A stretch of 63,231 nucleotides of DNA, counting the filler, from Hyphochytrium catenoides (lineage: Eukaryota > Protista > Hyphochytriomycota): the NCBI GenBank assembly GCA_900088475.1. It is 10 parts of 10 records of this genome, joined end to end, with 100 filler letters (N's around TTAATTAATTAA, not from the genome) between each part and the next. Parts side by side here need not be neighbours in the genome. Positions count along the whole stretch, not along the records: positions 62,174 to 63,231 come from FLMG01001344.1; 9 more parts are not named here. One strand, 5' to 3'. Below, piece after piece: positions 62,074-63,231 of this stretch. The position numbers were made by a program, and so were the translations under genes. A model generated the notes under the pieces. That model had not been told where the DNA came from. It worked only from the letters and a program-made list of their open reading frames with translations, and made no database searches. Numbering within the stretch: the first letter of the stretch is position 1; each line of letters opens with the position of its first letter.

Positions 62074-63231
62074 NNNNNNNNNNNNNNNNNNNNNNNNNNN
62101 NNNNNNNNNNNNNNNNNTTAATTAATTAANNNNNNNNNNNNNNNNNNNNNNNNNNNNNNNNNNNNNNNNNNNNGTCAGGTGCTAGGAGAAGGCACCAAGT
62201 AATGCGCCTCTGGCGGCCTTCCAATCACGTGAGGCGCATAGATCGGAGTCGGGAGATGGAGAGCAGAGTGTCAGCTTCTCCTCCCTCCACGCGCTCAACC
62301 CCTCGCCTCCTGCTGCTGCACCTTCATTCTCCTCCTCGTGGCTGCTGATGGATCACCAGGACGCATCCTCCTCCCAATCTCTGTATGGCAAACTTCTATT
62401 AGATGGCCGTTAGCAGCCAGTAAGCGGCGGTAGGATGGCGATCTCAGGACTTTATGAACGGGCCTCCGCAGCTTCTTTCATCAGCCATCAGGTCATCAAC
62501 GAAGGCGAGGCCTCGGTAGTGGAGAGTGACTGTTGCTTGTCGAAGGACCTACGATCGCTGTGCTCCCTCTGTTGCCTTTTGCTGTTGCTCCTCCAGCCGT
62601 CCGCTGCGTTGCAGCTGGTGCTAACTGAGCAAGGAACCTCCGTCATAAAGCATGCGCCGGCCTCCGCATCCGGGCTCAGCCATTCCTGGTGCCTTTTGGC
62701 CCCAAGAACAACATTGTCGCTCTGTCGCGCACTGCCACTTGTCAGCCCGCCTGTCACTCGTCTCCCCAGCCCTTCTGACCCCTTCTTTGATATTTCAAAG
62801 CTATTCATTGCAGTAGGAAGTGTGACGCTTATATTATGATCTCTTGGCGTTTATGTTCTCTTCGTCGCTGAGTGTGGGGTGAGCTCTTACATCGATGGGA
62901 AGAAGGTTGCCATTATGTGCAGTCCTGTTAATATGCTCATAGAGAAGAACGAAGGAGCGGAATGCTGACAGGATCGAAAGAGACGTGCTAAGCTTGGTCT
63001 ACTTGGAGGACGTAAGTCCGGCCGATGTAGGGGGGCGGAGGAGGAAGAGCGTGGACTCACACAGCATGGCAATATACTATAGGGCAACACAGTCGAGAGT
63101 AAATAAGCTCCTTGGACTGTTTTATCGTGAGGCGGCAACGATGGCTTCGAGAGTTATGTTGCTAGGCTGAAGGGCCTTGTGCAGGACAATGCGATGCGAG
63201 GTGACAGCGACCCATCGCTGTCGTTGCTTCC

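Noticed and set aside
62164-63231. Possible minus-strand exons at the window end
   Set aside because: Candidate frames contain stops and no identifiable domain.

Overview
Eukaryotic draft-assembly window, most consistent with an intron-rich stramenopile-like protist (inferred from gene content, not proven). It consists of about ten pieces joined by artificial N44-TTAATTAATTAA-N44 linkers, so adjacency across those linkers is not guaranteed. Most ORF-track entries are artefacts of (AG)n/(CT)n microsatellites. Manual GT-AG splicing recovers: DRG2 GTPase (5' end), a PH+ankyrin protein with a C2HC finger inserted in the PH domain, a DUF4807-like protein, a WRKY19-like zinc-finger protein, two RING-HC E3-like proteins (RNF8-like; BRCA1/BARD1/RAD18-like RING), an ankyrin protein, a coiled-coil protein, a GAF-domain protein, a voltage-sensor-like membrane protein, a DAO-family oxidoreductase, COQ10 (possibly fused to an EF-hand domain) and an RCC1-repeat protein. 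An accessory block at about 33.7-46.4 kb holds a decayed Ty1/Copia element. It is interrupted by a 4.3-kb TIR element with a TA target duplication and by an internal inverted duplication. After it come an intronless, frameshifted, signal-peptide-bearing calpain-like (peptidase C2) gene and a nested tandem repeat with hairpin-forming units. A putative TRIM in a second Copia fragment and a possible decayed tyrosine recombinase are also present. No rRNA, tRNA or CRISPR array was found.
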